This document shows positions 62,948 through 64,000 of a stretch of 64,000 bases of DNA, piece by piece. The stretch's first letter is position 1. Each line of letters starts with the position of its first letter. The notes below the pieces were generated by a model. That model saw only the letters and a list, made by a program, of their open reading frames with translations. It had not been told where the DNA came from and searched no databases. Where the stretch lies: assembly GCA_045863235.1 (NCBI GenBank), contig BTUM01000019.1, positions 18,691-82,690 on the forward strand, in the 5' to 3' direction. This stretch comes from Candidatus Xenobia bacterium. Lineage in GTDB: Bacteria > Vulcanimicrobiota > Xenobia > Xenobiales > QWHO01. The position numbers were made by a program, and so were the translations under genes.

Positions 62948-64000
62948 GCGCATCAAGCACGAGAAGCCCGAAGGCGGCTGGCCGGACGCCCGGACGGCCG
63001 CCTCAGCCCGGCTGTTTTCTCCCGTCCAGGTCGGCCCGATCCAGCTCGAGCAGCGAACCTGGGTGCCGGCCATGGTTCCCTGGCGCGCCACCGAGGAAGG
63101 CTTCGTCACCCCCGACGTGGTCGACTGGTACGCTCGCTTCGCGGCTGGGCGGCCAGGGGCCCTGGTGGTGGAAGCCACCGGCGTGCGCGACATTCCCAGC
63201 GGACCGCTTCTACGCATAGGCCACGACCGCTTCCTGGAGGGCCTCAAAGAGCTGGTCCAGGCAGTGCGCGAAGCGAGCCAGGGTCACACCAGGCTCTTCA
63301 TCCAGCTGATCGACTTTCTGTCCATCCGTCGCCGACCTGAGCCCGCCAAGTTTTTCGCCCGCTTCCTGGAGTTGACCGAGCGCCACCGCTCCCACTTCCC
63401 CGGTCTGAGCGACGAGGCCATCCGCGAGCATCTCGCCGCTCTTCCCGATCCTGAGCTCGACCGCTATCTCGACGAGCGCGAGTTGGAGTCGCTGCGCTTT
63501 GGCTGGCGCGAGCGCATCAGCGACCTGGACAAGCCCCACATCCTGGAGCTACCCCGGGTGCTGCCCGACATCTTCGCCCAGGCCGCCCGGCGGGCGCGGG
63601 AGGCCGGCTGTGACGGCATCGAGTTGCACTACGCCCACGCCTACACCATGGCCAGCTTCCTGTCAGGGCGAAACGATCGCCCGGATGGCTACGGCCAGAC
63701 CCGCCAGGGCCGCATCCGCCTCCCCCTGGAAGTCTACCGGGCGGTGCGCCAGGCGGTGGGCTCCGACTTCGTGGTGGGCTGCCGCTATCTGGCTCACGAA
63801 GGCATCGAGGGCGGCTATGCGCTCGAGGATGCCGCCTTCTACGGCCAGGAGCTGGCCCGGGCCGGCATGGACTTTCTCTCGCTCTCGCGGGGGGGGAAGT
63901 TCGAGGACGCCAAGCAGCCCCCTGTGGGCTGGTCGGTCTACCCCTACACCGGACCGAGCGGCTACGAGTGCATGCCCACTGTGCTCTCCGACCAGAAAGG
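62931..64000 (+). CDS. Old Yellow Enzyme family NADH:flavin oxidoreductase (5' partial, runs off window)
   Basis: Open frame from ATG 62931 to the window end with no stop. N-terminal LFSPVQVGPIQLEQRTWVPAM resembles the OYE FMN-binding start. It is absent from the ORF track only because it has no stop. Confidence 0.65.
   Translation, partial: MWTPPERIKHEKPEGGWPDARTAASARLFSPVQVGPIQLEQRTWVPAMVPWRATEEGFVTPDVVDWYARFAAGRPGALVVEATGVRDIPSGPLLRIGHDRFLEGLKELVQAVREASQGHTRLFIQLIDFLSIRRRPEPAKFFARFLELTERHRSHFPGLSDEAIREHLAALPDPELDRYLDERELESLRFGWRERISDLDKPHILELPRVLPDIFAQAARRAREAGCDGIELHYAHAYTMASFLSGRNDRPDGYGQTRQGRIRLPLEVYRAVRQAVGSDFVVGCRYLAHEGIEGGYALEDAAFYGQELARAGMDFLSLSRGGKFEDAKQPPVGWSVYPYTGPSGYECMPTVLSDQK

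Noticed and set aside
1-64000. Search for CRISPR arrays, tRNA/rRNA genes, IS elements, integrases, phage genes and toxin-antitoxin pairs
   Set aside because: No regularly spaced direct repeats, no tRNA-like T-arm/anticodon structures in intergenic regions, and no transposase, integrase, capsid or terminase-like ORFs were seen. The window looks like conserved core chromosome, not a mobile island.

Overview
This is high-GC bacterial chromosomal DNA, about 65-70% G+C, from a diderm (outer-membrane-bearing) organism. It is densely coding and contains no rRNA, tRNA, CRISPR, transposase or integrase genes. All protein-family calls rest on motif recognition from the translations, not on database searches. 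Most 'M' starts in the supplied ORF track are GTG or TTG codons when read on the DNA. Every major gene has a long mirror-image ORF on the opposite strand, which is usual at this GC content and is treated as spurious.

Main blocks, in order:

- 38-10523, minus strand: an EF-G-like GTPase whose catalytic His is replaced by Phe, followed by an eight-gene run. That run is a degenerate Ser/Thr pseudokinase fused to a TM segment and a beta-propeller, a Zn-ribbon membrane protein, two OppD/OppF-type ABC ATPases with no permease, a DUF3857/transglutaminase-like secreted protein, IspE, a MobA-like nucleotidyltransferase and RidA.
- 10.6-30.0 kb: a large lipid A and outer-membrane biogenesis supercluster. 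It holds lpxD (two copies), lpxC, fabZ, lpxA, lpxB, two LpxB-related paralogs, a Gfo/Idh/MocA oxidoreductase, an ICMT-family methyltransferase, a metallophosphoesterase and a CPBP protease. It ends with four tandem Skp/OmpH paralogs (five OmpH domains) and a BamA carrying a Pro/Glu-rich repeat N-terminal extension.
- 30-47 kb: housekeeping genes. These are a PQQ-propeller protein, an M20 peptidase, FabI, Pta, an osmoprotectant ABC transporter with a fused binding-protein/permease, an SLT-domain protein, an S46 dipeptidyl-peptidase, an NrtR-like regulator and TPR proteins.
- 45.4-51.6 kb: a translationally coupled operon of secD, secF, a GAF-adenylate cyclase, a Ser/Thr kinase and a stand-alone GspF/PilC-like platform protein.
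- 51.5-56.4 kb: a REC + HD-GYP + TPR + C-terminal SARP (wHTH-BTAD) regulator with an M42 peptidase, a SAM-methyltransferase and a TPR protein.
- 56.5-64 kb: acyl-CoA metabolism genes (two acyl-CoA dehydrogenases, a crotonase, a second RidA, a creatininase-family protein, an acyltransferase-3 protein and a partial OYE flavoenzyme).

A conserved roughly 45-bp repeat occurs at two convergent gene junctions, at 39.2 kb and 60.1 kb.
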